A stretch of DNA of 64,000 nucleotides from an uncultured Deferribacteres bacterium (GTDB lineage: Bacteria > Zhuqueibacterota > JdFR-76 > BMS3Abin05), in NCBI GenBank assembly GCA_964579725.1, contig CAZOHG010000006.1, forward strand, positions 22,237 through 86,236, read 5' to 3'. Positions 9,869 to 19,662 of this stretch are shown piece by piece. The position numbers and the translations under genes were made by a program. The notes beneath the pieces are model-generated. The model was not told where the DNA came from and did no database searches. It saw only the letters and a list, made by a program, of their open reading frames with translations. How positions within the stretch are numbered: the first letter of the stretch is position 1; every line of letters starts with the position of its first letter.

Positions 9869-10195
9869 GTGAAATTGCCGGAAGACGGAATGCTTTTGCG
9901 GATTTTTGTGGGGGAAGCCGACCGCTACAAGGGCAAACCTCTGTACGAACAGATTGTTGCCAAAGCCCGCGCTCTAAATCTTGCCGGAGCCACTGTCCTG
10001 CGGGGACTCATGGGATTCGGCCGCCACAGCCGGCTTCACTCCGCCAAAATCCTGCGCCTTTCCGAAGATTTGCCCATCGTGATCGAAATAGTGGACACCG
10101 AAGAAAAATTAACACAACTTTTGCCCTTTTTGGATGAAGTCATTGAGGAAGGGTTGGTGACTTTAGAGAAAATGCGGGTGATTAAATATCGGTAA
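9869..10195 (+). CDS. DUF190 domain protein (fluoride-riboswitch-associated)
   Basis: 108 aa, 12 nt downstream of crcB. Begins 'LRIFVGEADRYKGKPLYEQIV'. DUF190 genes are known to co-occur with crcB under fluoride riboswitches. Confidence 0.7.
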   Translation: MKLPEDGMLLRIFVGEADRYKGKPLYEQIVAKARALNLAGATVLRGLMGFGRHSRLHSAKILRLSEDLPIVIEIVDTEEKLTQLLPFLDEVIEEGLVTLEKMRVIKYR

Positions 10196-10337
10196 AGGGG
10201 CAATTTTGCCCCCACAAACCCTGTATTTCAAAAAGCCGCCGCAGCGAGGCACAGCCGCCTTCTGAAACCTCGGCCATTTTTAGTCGCCTTTCCCCACACT
10301 GTTTTCTCAACCAGAGCGGCGCCTGACCGGTTGCCGC

Positions 10338-12074
10338 TCATTCTTTCACCAGAAAATTCACCTTTTTGACCGCTTGATTTCCTACCCGATCTTCCGTTCG
10401 CACTGTAATTTCATAGGAACCGGGCTTTTTGAAAACAATGGGCGAGCGGTACTGTTTTTCCGTATTCCCGTTCAAGGAATACCAAACACCTGCCGCTCCA
10501 GCGGAAGCGTCCGTTGACCCCAGGAAAAGAGACGTCTCCAACGGGTAAGCCGGAGCCGTGGAGTCTGCGTCGGCACCCGAAATTGGAGCCGAGCTAAAAT
10601 TCATGACAATTTTCGGCGGCGTGTTGTCCACAACCACGGCAATTGTGTGTGGACGTTCGGTGTTGTTTACACGGTCTACGGCGTAAAAGTGAAGCACGTA
10701 CGGCCCCTCTTTTTCCAGCGAGAAGGGCTTTTCGTAAGAAGATTCGGGATCGTCGCCAATCTGGAATTTAATGCCCTGGACACCCGAATCGGCATCTTTG
10801 GCAGAAAGTACAATTTGCGTGGTCGACGAAATCCAGAAGTGACCCCGCTGCTCAAAATGGGGCCCGTCAAAGCGCAATTGGCTCTCGGGCGGTAGCGCGT
10901 CCATGTGAAAAACAAGACGCCCTTTCGCACTGACGTTTCCCAATTTATCTTTGACGCGGTACACAATGGCCAGCATTTTTTGGTCGGAAGGCAAAACAAA
11001 GGGCTGGGTGTACGACTGGAAGCTTCCCTTGTTGAACGCATATTCCACGGTTTTTACGCCAATGCGATTATCCTCGGCCTGAAATTTAATTTTCGAGCGG
11101 GGCGAAACAAAAACCGTGGTTTTTTGAATAAATTGATCCCCCAAAACAAAGGTATTAAGTTCCGGTGCTTTGTTATCGAGATAAAAACGAAAAACCGTCG
11201 TGTCTTCTTTGTTGCCAACTCGATCAATTGAGTAGTATGTGAGGCGGTGCGCACCGGTAGAAAGTTTTCCCACAGAAATAGGATTGCCGGAATACACGGA
11301 ATAGGTTTGACTGGAATCGAACCGGAAGTACGTGTGTGCAACGCCGGCGGAGCTGTCAGAAGCTTTTAGCTCGATTTGTGCAAGTGGTGAGAGCACATTC
11401 CCAATGGCAGCAGCGAGGATTCGACGTTCGGTTTTGGGGGGCGTTAAATCGACGGTAAAGGATTTGGACAAAACAGGGCTCACATTGCCCACCCGGTCAA
11501 CGGCGTAGGCTCGAATTTGGTAAGATTTTTCCTGAGTAAACGAAAAGGGGGTTTTGTAGGGTGCAAAATCGGCCTGGTCAATGGCCACCCAAATATCCTG
11601 TACGCCTGAGAGGCTATCTCGCGCGGTCAACGTCCCTTTAAGTCCCGCGCCGTAAATGATTCCTTGCCCCGAATGACAGGACGCGGCGCCCTCCAAGTGA
11701 AGTGCCAGTACGGGAGCATCGCCATCCGAGTAAAACACAAACAAAATCGAATCCCCTGTGACATAGTTGTGCCAACGAAGAAATTGCCGCCCGGATAAGT
11801 CAAGCGAAACGCCTTTTCTGGCGTCGGTCTTTTCTTCGCCTTCCGTGCGGGAAAATATGTTTTGTAAAAGGAACGACGGAGCGTTTTTCTCCGGTCCTGT
11901 GGCCAATCGCACATAAAAGGGCATGGTTTTTGGCCAGTAAATCGTGTGCGTCTGCGGGTCTACGTAAACTTGTTTCGGATGATTGGTGGGATTGGGTTCT
12001 CCGCCAAATGCCAGCGACGTCAGAAAAATCAACCCAAATCCGACCCAAAAAAATGTGAAATAGGAACGCTTCAT
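10338..12074 (-). CDS. secreted tandem-repeat beta-sandwich protein (5 copies of a ~90-aa repeat)
   Basis: Sec signal peptide 'MKRSYFTFFWVGFGLIFLTSLAFG'. The repeat signature recurs five times: YAVDRVGNVS, YSIDRVGNKED, YRVKDKLGNVS, YAVDRVNNTE, VRTEDRVGNQA. Confidence 0.6.
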   Translation of the reverse strand: MKRSYFTFFWVGFGLIFLTSLAFGGEPNPTNHPKQVYVDPQTHTIYWPKTMPFYVRLATGPEKNAPSFLLQNIFSRTEGEEKTDARKGVSLDLSGRQFLRWHNYVTGDSILFVFYSDGDAPVLALHLEGAASCHSGQGIIYGAGLKGTLTARDSLSGVQDIWVAIDQADFAPYKTPFSFTQEKSYQIRAYAVDRVGNVSPVLSKSFTVDLTPPKTERRILAAAIGNVLSPLAQIELKASDSSAGVAHTYFRFDSSQTYSVYSGNPISVGKLSTGAHRLTYYSIDRVGNKEDTTVFRFYLDNKAPELNTFVLGDQFIQKTTVFVSPRSKIKFQAEDNRIGVKTVEYAFNKGSFQSYTQPFVLPSDQKMLAIVYRVKDKLGNVSAKGRLVFHMDALPPESQLRFDGPHFEQRGHFWISSTTQIVLSAKDADSGVQGIKFQIGDDPESSYEKPFSLEKEGPYVLHFYAVDRVNNTERPHTIAVVVDNTPPKIVMNFSSAPISGADADSTAPAYPLETSLFLGSTDASAGAAGVWYSLNGNTEKQYRSPIVFKKPGSYEITVRTEDRVGNQAVKKVNFLVKE

Positions 12075-12343
12075 TTTTTGCCTCTTTGCCTTTTAAGCCA
12101 AAATTGTTTTGCTTTTAGAACGCATTTCAAGGCGTTCACCTACTTTCCCGTTCTATTATCGTACTGAAAGGAGGAATTCTAAAGCAGGAAATTTCGGCGA
12201 AAATTAAAAAACCGGCACCCGGGAGAAAAAAGGTTGCGCCCTTATTTCTTTCGTCCGATATTTAAACAATTCCGGGGTCTTTCGAATTTTTTGGGGAGAA
12301 AACACCGGTTTGTAATTCCTTTTAAGAGAGGTTTCGTACCCAA

Positions 12344-13498
12344 ATGAGCCATTCAAAATTTGTAGCCAAAACCTTTTCCAATCTCGAACCCGTTTTGGCC
12401 GGGGAATTAGAAGAATTGGGAGCCAGCTCGGTGGAACCGGGACGCCGCGCGGTGAGTTTCCGCGGAGACAAACGGCTTCTTTACAAAGCCAATTTGTACG
12501 TTCGGACCGCGCTCCGCATTTTGCAACCCATTGCCGATTTTTTGGCCCAAAACGAACGCGAATTCTACCGCCAGGTCCAAAAAATCGACTGGCACCGCTG
12601 GCTTTCTCCGGAGGGCACCCTCGCTGTAGATGCCTCCGTTACATCCAGTTTTTTGACACATTCCGGGTACCTGGCGCTTAAAACCAAAGATGCCATTGTG
12701 GATCAGTTCCGCGACCGCTTCGGTCGAAGGCCTTCCGTCGACGTCCGTCAGCCGCAGCTCCGCCTCAATGTGTACGCTTTTCGGAACCGTTTCACTCTTT
12801 CTCTGGACAGTTCAGGCGAATCTTTGCACCGGCGTGGGTACCGGCTCAAATCCAATGACGCCCCGTTAAACGAAGTGCTGGCGGCCGGGATGGTACTGCT
12901 TTCAGGCTGGCAGGGAGAAGAGAATTTTGTAGACCCGTTGTGCGGCTCGGGGACCCTTGCCATTGAAGCGGCCCTCAAAAAGGTCGGACTGCCACCCGGT
13001 CTTCACCGCCGATTCGGTTTTATGAATTGGCCGAATTTTGACGCACGGTTGTGGAACCAAATTTTGTCGGAGGTGCCTCCTTTAAGAAAAAGAAGCAAAG
13101 GAATTATTTTGGCGTCCGACATTTCCGAAGAAGCCGTTGCTCTGGCTGAAGAAAATGCCCACAGGGCAGGCGTTGCAGAGGAAATTGAGTTTCGGGTTGC
13201 CCCGTTTGATCAAATCTCCCCGCCAAACGGCGGAGGAATTTTGATCACCAACCCGCCGTACGACCAGCGTTTGAAAATCCGAAACGTGCGGGAGTTTTAC
13301 AAAAATTTAGGCGATTTTTTCAAGCAAAATTGCGCCGGCTACACCGTCTGGCTTCTCACCGGCAACCGAGAAGCACTGAAATTCGTGGGCTTACACCCTT
13401 CTCAAAAAATCACCCTGTACAACGGGGGACTGGAAAGCAAATTTGTCAAATTCGACATGTACAAAGGCTCGCGCAAACGCCCACCAAAATCCGGGTAG
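12344..13498 (+). CDS. THUMP-domain class I SAM-dependent RNA methyltransferase (RlmL/YpsC-like, COG0116)
   Basis: N-terminal ferredoxin-like/THUMP region; SAM motif I 'VDPLCGSGTLAIEAA'; catalytic 'ILITNPPYDQRL' (NPPY). Confidence 0.75.
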   Translation: MSHSKFVAKTFSNLEPVLAGELEELGASSVEPGRRAVSFRGDKRLLYKANLYVRTALRILQPIADFLAQNEREFYRQVQKIDWHRWLSPEGTLAVDASVTSSFLTHSGYLALKTKDAIVDQFRDRFGRRPSVDVRQPQLRLNVYAFRNRFTLSLDSSGESLHRRGYRLKSNDAPLNEVLAAGMVLLSGWQGEENFVDPLCGSGTLAIEAALKKVGLPPGLHRRFGFMNWPNFDARLWNQILSEVPPLRKRSKGIILASDISEEAVALAEENAHRAGVAEEIEFRVAPFDQISPPNGGGILITNPPYDQRLKIRNVREFYKNLGDFFKQNCAGYTVWLLTGNREALKFVGLHPSQKITLYNGGLESKFVKFDMYKGSRKRPPKSG

Positions 13499-13702
13499 AA
13501 AAAAGCAGAATGACTTTCGGCTCTTTCCCTCCCAAAAATCTTTACTAATTGCTCCTTTTAAATTGAGCGGGATGTTTCTTGTTCTTCAGTCCTCGCCCAA
13601 AGGAAAAACTGCCTTGTCCGCAAATTTCTTCCGGCGAGTAAAATTGGCCGCTTCCCTTTTCTGTCCAAAAGGAATCTTTCCCATTTGCCGGCGGGGTTCT
13701 CC

Positions 13703-14329
13703 CTACTTTGTCCCGAACAGTCGGTCTCCCGCGTCGCCCAACCCGGGCAAAATGTACCCGTGTTCGTTCAGGCGTTCGTCCAAAGCCGCTGCGTAAATGG
13801 GCACATTCGGGTGAGCCGCGTGCATTTTTTTTACTCCTTCCGGAGCCGCCACCATGCACACGAATTTAATCTCTTTGACTCCTGCTTCCTTGAGAAAATT
13901 TACGGCAGCCACTGCCGAGCCCCCGGTCGCCAACATCGGATCTACCAAAATCACGTCCGTTTCGGCAATATTTTCGGGGAATTTTTTGTAGTAAACAACC
14001 GGTTCCAGGGTCTCCTCATCACGGTAAAGCCCAAGGTGCCCCACTCGCGCCGTGGGAACCATCTCCAAAAGTCCCTCCAACATGCCCAGACCTGCGCGTA
14101 AAATAAGGACAAATGAAACTTCGCGGGACAATTCCCACGCCTCCGTTTTCTGAAGGGGCGTTTCTACCTCCACTTTTTGAAGGGGGTAGTCTGCCATGAC
14201 TTCGTACAACATGAAGCCGGTCAGTTCCTTGGTGAGGCGTCGGAAGGTAAAATGGTCGGTGTTTTTGTCCCGCAAATGGGTGAGCTTGTGCTGAACCAAC
14301 GGGTGATTTACAATTGTAATTCCTTCCAT
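13703..14329 (-). CDS. upp: uracil phosphoribosyltransferase
   Basis: PRPP-binding 'VILVDPMLATGGSA' and UPRTase 'YILPGLGDAGDRLFGT' C-terminus. Start set at MEGITIVNHP (209 aa). Confidence 0.85.
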   Translation of the reverse strand: MEGITIVNHPLVQHKLTHLRDKNTDHFTFRRLTKELTGFMLYEVMADYPLQKVEVETPLQKTEAWELSREVSFVLILRAGLGMLEGLLEMVPTARVGHLGLYRDEETLEPVVYYKKFPENIAETDVILVDPMLATGGSAVAAVNFLKEAGVKEIKFVCMVAAPEGVKKMHAAHPNVPIYAAALDERLNEHGYILPGLGDAGDRLFGTK

Positions 14330-14490
14330 TGAAAATTCCTCTTTTAGGGTGAGAATGAGAAACTCGATTTTTCGGGGGAATCCAGAAACCAAAACAGCCC
14401 CCGTTTTTATTCACAAATTTTCAGTTGGCGGTTTGTCCCAAGACCAAAACAAAGGTGCCCCCAAGCCAAAACTTCCCGGCATTTTTCGGG

Positions 14491-17400
14491 TCAATTTGAA
14501 ACTTTTTGAAGAATAGGGTTCGCCTTTCCGTGGTTGCGGGTCAAAAAATTCAAAACCCTTTTCATCAGATTTTGCCGTTGCTGTGGGCTGAGAATAGTTT
14601 CGAACGGAAACCCCAACACAACGGTTTTGTGCCCCCGACTGTAGGCCACTCCGGCGCCGAATTCATTTTCTGCGTACCGAAAAATAATCCGCCCGCCCTC
14701 AGCGGGATTCAACGCGTCTGGCGCCTCCACCGTGTAAATGTCCCGTCGGTACCCCTGATTAAACCGCAGAATTTCCATTCTCGGCCAAAAGCGGGAATCG
14801 ACGGACAGCACCCGCCCGGTGCGCGCCGCGTGGTCGGCGTCCCAATTGACGCCAAGCACCTCTCGCCCAAAAGCGACTCGTTCTTTGTGCCGCTTTCTCT
14901 GCCGAAATAAATCTGTGGCCACATAAGCCCCCGAGACGAACAGCGCTCCTCCCTGCTCCGTAAATGCCCGGATTTTCGCCCGGAATTTTGAGGGAAAACA
15001 GTCAAAGCGCGCGCCCAGTAGAGAATCGGTAACTGCTCGGGGCCGGGGGGTACTTTTTTCTTCCCCTAAAATCAGATCGACAACGTCGTAAGCCTCAAGG
15101 TTTACCCGGCCGTCTTCAACAGCTTTTTTCCCGGCCGAAACAAAGGAAAATCCCGCCGCACGCACAGAAACCCCGTGGCGGTAGACGAAATCGAATGAAT
15201 TTCCGGGAACCACGCGCGTTTCCCAATCGGCGTGACTGGCACCGAAACCGGGGCCGTCGTTATTTCGGTACAGCGATCGGGGTGAAAAATCATATTGCGT
15301 CCCGGTAAAATTAATGTCGACACGATCGGGAACCCCCATGTCGATTTCGTCCACAAATCCCGAAAAATTGGGCGTTTGAACGGCCGCAGGGCCGCTGACC
15401 CGGTCGAATCCATTGACAATGAGCACCGGAGGCGCCGTGGTGTCTTGCCAGCAAACAGACAGTATTTGGGAGGGAAAGCTCTCCCCTCCGGCATTCACGG
15501 CGGTTACTTTGTAGCTGTAGATTTTGCCAGGGGCCAAATTGCCAAAGGCCACCGAATCCCGTCTGGTAACCTGTCCGTTGTCAAAGCCGCCACTGTCCAC
15601 GCGGGTGTACACCGCGTAGGCTTCGGGACGGGCCGTGGGTTCCAGCGGGTCCAATTCGGGCTGCCACGTCAACGAAACCTGCCGCTTCCCCGAAAAATGG
15701 GCGGCAAAATGGGACACGGGAAGCGGCTGCACCACAAATTTCCGTCGGTACTGGGTGGCCAAAAATTTCAACATGGCTTTGTAAATGGCACGGGCCACGT
15801 CGAATCGAAAACGCGGTTCCAGTTCGAACTTGGCGTCCCAGAAATTTTGGTGCGAAAGCAATTCCAGCAAAGCTCCGGGCACATTGGGGCGAAACGCCTC
15901 GCTGTACTGGGCATCGTACAGGGAACGCCGGTTCCAGGTCGGGTCCCATTTCCGCCGCAGATCCTGGACGATCTGGGTTTGCAAAATGTCCGCAAAATCG
16001 CGGTTCGCCACCCGTGAAACGCCGTCCGGAAAAACATCCGCCGAGTCGGCGTCCAAAATGCTGTAAATGGACAAGGTCCCCACCGTTGTGTCACCGTGGC
16101 CAAATCCAGCATCGGTGTGAAAAGCCAACGACAAATCCATTGGGATACCCAAACCGGGCACCTCACGGTCGGCATTGGGTCCCGCCGGAGCACCGTTCAA
16201 GTAATTCACAAATTCAGCCCGCCCCTGGTAATCATCTTTGTAATCATTCTGGTTTCGATTAAGATTGTACACCAACGAATCGGGCATTCCGGCGTATTGC
16301 ATAAAATAGCGTGCACCTTCCTCGAATCGCGGGCGTCCGCTCACCCGTCCGCCACGGGCAATCGTTCCCATTCCGCCGCCAAAACGAATAGCATCTGCCG
16401 TGACCGTTTTGCCCGATTCAGCGCTCAAGTTGGTTAAAACCACTTTCCCCTGATCCGGGTGCACGCCTTTGAAAAACTTGAATCGCCCCAGGTAAATCCA
16501 GGTTTCGCCCCCGATTTGCTGATTGACGCGAAATTCGGTTTTGCCCCCCGCGTGGAAAACGGTGTAGTGGGCGTCGGACACGTTTTCGGGCGCGTGGTGG
16601 TACGCAATGGACACCCAGTACCAACCGGTGGCCGGAATGTCAGGAACCCACTCAACTTGGGCGGTGACTGCCGTGTCCGATTTCGTTCGGCGAAACGTCC
16701 CCTGCTGAAAGGGATTTTCATTCGCCGTGTAGGGCGGATGTCCGATCCCAAAGCCGGGGGAATCCCCGTTTTGCCAGCCGAATGCCGGGCTGTCGGCGGC
16801 CTCTCGGTAGCTGCCCCGGGAAGCGCTCCAATTTGACGAGTCATTGTCCACCACCACTTCGTGGGTTTGAATGTCTCGTTCGCGCGGCACAAAAACAGTG
16901 GCTCCGGCTTTTTCCAGCATTGGAATCAGGTACGGAAAGACAAAAGAGGCCGGGAGTAAATCCTCCACGGTCTGGAAAAGGCGGGGCCGCTGCCACTCCC
17001 AGCGGTTCTTGCCATTGGAATAGTACCATCCGTGACTGGGCCAAAGTCCGATATTCCGGTTTTGAAGCCCCGCCGGTGCTCTCCAAACTCGGCTCACATT
17101 TCGAACCACTGCGGGTGGGCGATTGAACGGAATTTTGGGGAGTCGGGAAAAATCGTAGGCTGCGGAATCGGGACGGAAAAAATTGGGGATTAACTGTTCA
17201 ATTGGCAGATTCAACGTGAAAATCGTAACGGTGTACCGGCGAAACGAACGTCCCAGAAACTTCTTCAAAAACATGTAGGTCTGCGCAACATTTTCTTCCC
17301 GAAAGGGAATGTATGAAAACGGACGGTTCATGTAAACCCGAAGTGTTTTTTGGGGGCGGTTGACCACCACGCTGTCGATTCGCACGGTGGGCGGCAGTTT

Positions 17401-17586
17401 AAACGGTGTGCCGGTTTTTTGGACAAATGCCACAAACTTTTCCACACGCTTGTGGGCTTTTCTCGTGATTGAATTCATTCCCTTGTAGGTGTACCGTGGC
17501 CCCTTGAGCGCAACACGGGGCGCGCAAGAAGCCAAAAAAAACAAGAGAACCACCGCAATACCGGTTCCAACTGTCCGTATTTTCAT
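14491..17586 (-). CDS. large secreted lipoprotein with MurNAc-L-Ala amidase (Amidase_3)-like domain and fibronectin-III domain
   Basis: Lipoprotein signal 'LLFFLASC'. 'LSLAFHTDAGFGH...LSIYS...VANRDFADILQTQIVQDLRR...PGALLELLSHQNFWD' matches the Amidase_3 motif order ('SIHADA...ElGFlsN'). FN3 region 'KIYSYKVTAVNAGGES'. Confidence 0.5.
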   Translation of the reverse strand: MKIRTVGTGIAVVLLFFLASCAPRVALKGPRYTYKGMNSITRKAHKRVEKFVAFVQKTGTPFKLPPTVRIDSVVVNRPQKTLRVYMNRPFSYIPFREENVAQTYMFLKKFLGRSFRRYTVTIFTLNLPIEQLIPNFFRPDSAAYDFSRLPKIPFNRPPAVVRNVSRVWRAPAGLQNRNIGLWPSHGWYYSNGKNRWEWQRPRLFQTVEDLLPASFVFPYLIPMLEKAGATVFVPRERDIQTHEVVVDNDSSNWSASRGSYREAADSPAFGWQNGDSPGFGIGHPPYTANENPFQQGTFRRTKSDTAVTAQVEWVPDIPATGWYWVSIAYHHAPENVSDAHYTVFHAGGKTEFRVNQQIGGETWIYLGRFKFFKGVHPDQGKVVLTNLSAESGKTVTADAIRFGGGMGTIARGGRVSGRPRFEEGARYFMQYAGMPDSLVYNLNRNQNDYKDDYQGRAEFVNYLNGAPAGPNADREVPGLGIPMDLSLAFHTDAGFGHGDTTVGTLSIYSILDADSADVFPDGVSRVANRDFADILQTQIVQDLRRKWDPTWNRRSLYDAQYSEAFRPNVPGALLELLSHQNFWDAKFELEPRFRFDVARAIYKAMLKFLATQYRRKFVVQPLPVSHFAAHFSGKRQVSLTWQPELDPLEPTARPEAYAVYTRVDSGGFDNGQVTRRDSVAFGNLAPGKIYSYKVTAVNAGGESFPSQILSVCWQDTTAPPVLIVNGFDRVSGPAAVQTPNFSGFVDEIDMGVPDRVDINFTGTQYDFSPRSLYRNNDGPGFGASHADWETRVVPGNSFDFVYRHGVSVRAAGFSFVSAGKKAVEDGRVNLEAYDVVDLILGEEKSTPRPRAVTDSLLGARFDCFPSKFRAKIRAFTEQGGALFVSGAYVATDLFRQRKRHKERVAFGREVLGVNWDADHAARTGRVLSVDSRFWPRMEILRFNQGYRRDIYTVEAPDALNPAEGGRIIFRYAENEFGAGVAYSRGHKTVVLGFPFETILSPQQRQNLMKRVLNFLTRNHGKANPILQKVSN

Positions 17587-17725
17587 TCCCGTTCACTCCG
17601 TTATTTGTACGACTTCTAAATTCCAGACCGATTGGTCAAAGTAATCGGATTTTTCCGCTTCCCCCAACAGATCGCCTCCGTAGCCTTTTGTTCTCGCCGA
17701 ACTTTTCTCCAGAAACATCGAAAGG

Positions 17726-19330
17726 CTATTTTTTCCACTCGGGAAGTTTAAAATGATCGCCGCGAAGTTTGAGAACATCCCGAAGCCAGGGTTGGGGGTA
17801 GCCCACACTTCGCGGGCGCCCGTTTTGATCTTTCACATAGCCGTCCACATATTTGACCAACAGGGCTTTCCCCAATTTTATCCACCGCCGCACCACCTGC
17901 TGACCGTGGGAAACCGAATAGTCGGTCAAAAATGCGCGGGCCAATTGCGGATTGGTGTGGTACAGTTCCACGGCCGTTTTTTCGATGGCAGGCTGAAGAG
18001 CAAAAAAGTTGTCCTCCAATTCCCGTTGCACCTTTTGAATGTCCCGAATCATATAGGAATATTTCAGATTGGCAATATTTGCCACAAAATTAAAGGCCCA
18101 CCAGGCGGAATCCCACGAAAAATGATTCAAATCCCCTTTGGTAAAGGCTTCGGGAACTGCCGTAATGCTGCAGTACAGCGGGACGTAGCAGGTTGTGTAG
18201 GTGTCGTCCACGCCGTACCACAGAACACCGCCCACCGCATTTGGCAGCCAGCTACGCGATTGGGAGACAAAGGAAAAACCGGTTTGTTGGGTCGAAATCG
18301 GGCGTTCCCAGGCGTATTTTACGCTGTCCACCGTCCACGTAATGGGACGCCACCGATTGGGCGTGCCAAAAGGGCCGGCATCTACGCCTTTGGTCATGTC
18401 GTAGGGTGTGCCCTCGTAATGGTCACGCATGAGTGCCATGACGTCTTTAACCGAGAGCTTTTTGTCCGGTTTGATCCAGAGCGGGTAGGGTTTGGCCCCC
18501 GGAACGCCTCGGTGAAAGGCAGCGGAAAATTCCCGGGAAGGGGCGCTTCGTCTGAAAATGCTCCACACGCGGCTGGCGCAGTAGCGCAATTTTTCCGGAT
18601 TGCGCGGGTCGTAGGCCTTGTGAAAATTAAAGGGCTGACCTGACTTCGGATTGTAGTACCCCTTCTGAACGGCAAAGGAAATCACATTTTTGGAATACAG
18701 ACAATTTTTGGGATCGTGTAGCGGGAACGTTCCAATTCGCGACATATTGGCGTGGGCACAAATGTAGCCGTCAGGGATGCGGCGAGCTACCCAGATTGCC
18801 CCTTTGCCACCGGATCCGGGGCCAATCATTTCCATGATCCAGGCCTCGTTGGGGTCGGCGATAGAAAAGGTCTCGCCCGTGCTGGCGTAGCCGTATTTTT
18901 CCACCAGGTCTGTCATAACCCGAATGGCCTCTCGAGCCGTTTTGGCGCGCTGCAGGGCCAAATTCATGAGCGTCCAATAATGGAGCAGTCCTTTGGGATT
19001 CCGTAATTCGGGACGCCCGTCGAAAGTGGTTTCGCCAATTGCCAGTTGGAACTCGTTCATTAGCCCCACAACAGCGTAAGTGTGCGGCGGCTGGGGGATT
19101 TTGACGGTTTTTCCGTTCATCTTGCGAATCTCGATCGAATCGCTCGGAGCGTGATCTTGAGCCGGTGTGTACCGCAAGTGCGGCACAAATTCACCGTCAC
19201 ATGAATAAGTAATGATGACGGAACCATCTTTGGAAGCACCTTTACTCACCAGAATATTCGTACAGGCCCCGGCCCAGCCCGTTCCCAACAGCACGGCCGC
19301 AAAACCGGCCAAAATCGCCTTTTTCCACAT
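17726..19330 (-). CDS. peptidase family C69 dipeptidase (Ntn-hydrolase)
   Basis: A signal peptide is followed by the nucleophile Cys in 'AGACTNILVSKGASKDGSVIITYSCD'. Start chosen at MWKKAILAGF (19330). Confidence 0.75.
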   Translation of the reverse strand: MWKKAILAGFAAVLLGTGWAGACTNILVSKGASKDGSVIITYSCDGEFVPHLRYTPAQDHAPSDSIEIRKMNGKTVKIPQPPHTYAVVGLMNEFQLAIGETTFDGRPELRNPKGLLHYWTLMNLALQRAKTAREAIRVMTDLVEKYGYASTGETFSIADPNEAWIMEMIGPGSGGKGAIWVARRIPDGYICAHANMSRIGTFPLHDPKNCLYSKNVISFAVQKGYYNPKSGQPFNFHKAYDPRNPEKLRYCASRVWSIFRRSAPSREFSAAFHRGVPGAKPYPLWIKPDKKLSVKDVMALMRDHYEGTPYDMTKGVDAGPFGTPNRWRPITWTVDSVKYAWERPISTQQTGFSFVSQSRSWLPNAVGGVLWYGVDDTYTTCYVPLYCSITAVPEAFTKGDLNHFSWDSAWWAFNFVANIANLKYSYMIRDIQKVQRELEDNFFALQPAIEKTAVELYHTNPQLARAFLTDYSVSHGQQVVRRWIKLGKALLVKYVDGYVKDQNGRPRSVGYPQPWLRDVLKLRGDHFKLPEWKK

Positions 19331-19662
19331 GACGGCAACCTCCCTTTTCACCTTTGGAATTCTGATTTCGATTCTCCCCCCCACATCATTCAAACGGAAC
19401 GTTGCGGTTCCGACAGGGTCCCGATTCACCCGCTCCAAAACGAGCTTACTTAGAGGTGCGTCCGTTTCTTCGAGAAATCGGGCTCTCTTGGATACACAAA
19501 CTTTTCAAACGTAGAAAAAAAGTGCGTGAAAATCAAGCAGAAAATCGACCAACAGAACTGGAGTGCATTTTCGGCAACCGAGGGGAAAGACTCCGTTTTT
19601 GCCCAAAATCCGGTGGGATGGCGCAACTGTTTCCCCCTGCCATTGCAACACAACGTGAGACT

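Noticed and set aside
9541-10137. 198-aa ORF overlapping crcB and the DUF190 gene
   Set aside because: It is out of frame with two conserved genes and has Arg/Gly-rich nonsense composition.
10197-10212. GGGGCAA-tt-TTGCCCC hairpin after the DUF190 gene
   Set aside because: It is a GC-rich perfect stem but has no U-tract on either strand. It is possibly a weak bidirectional terminator, which is too uncertain to list as a feature.
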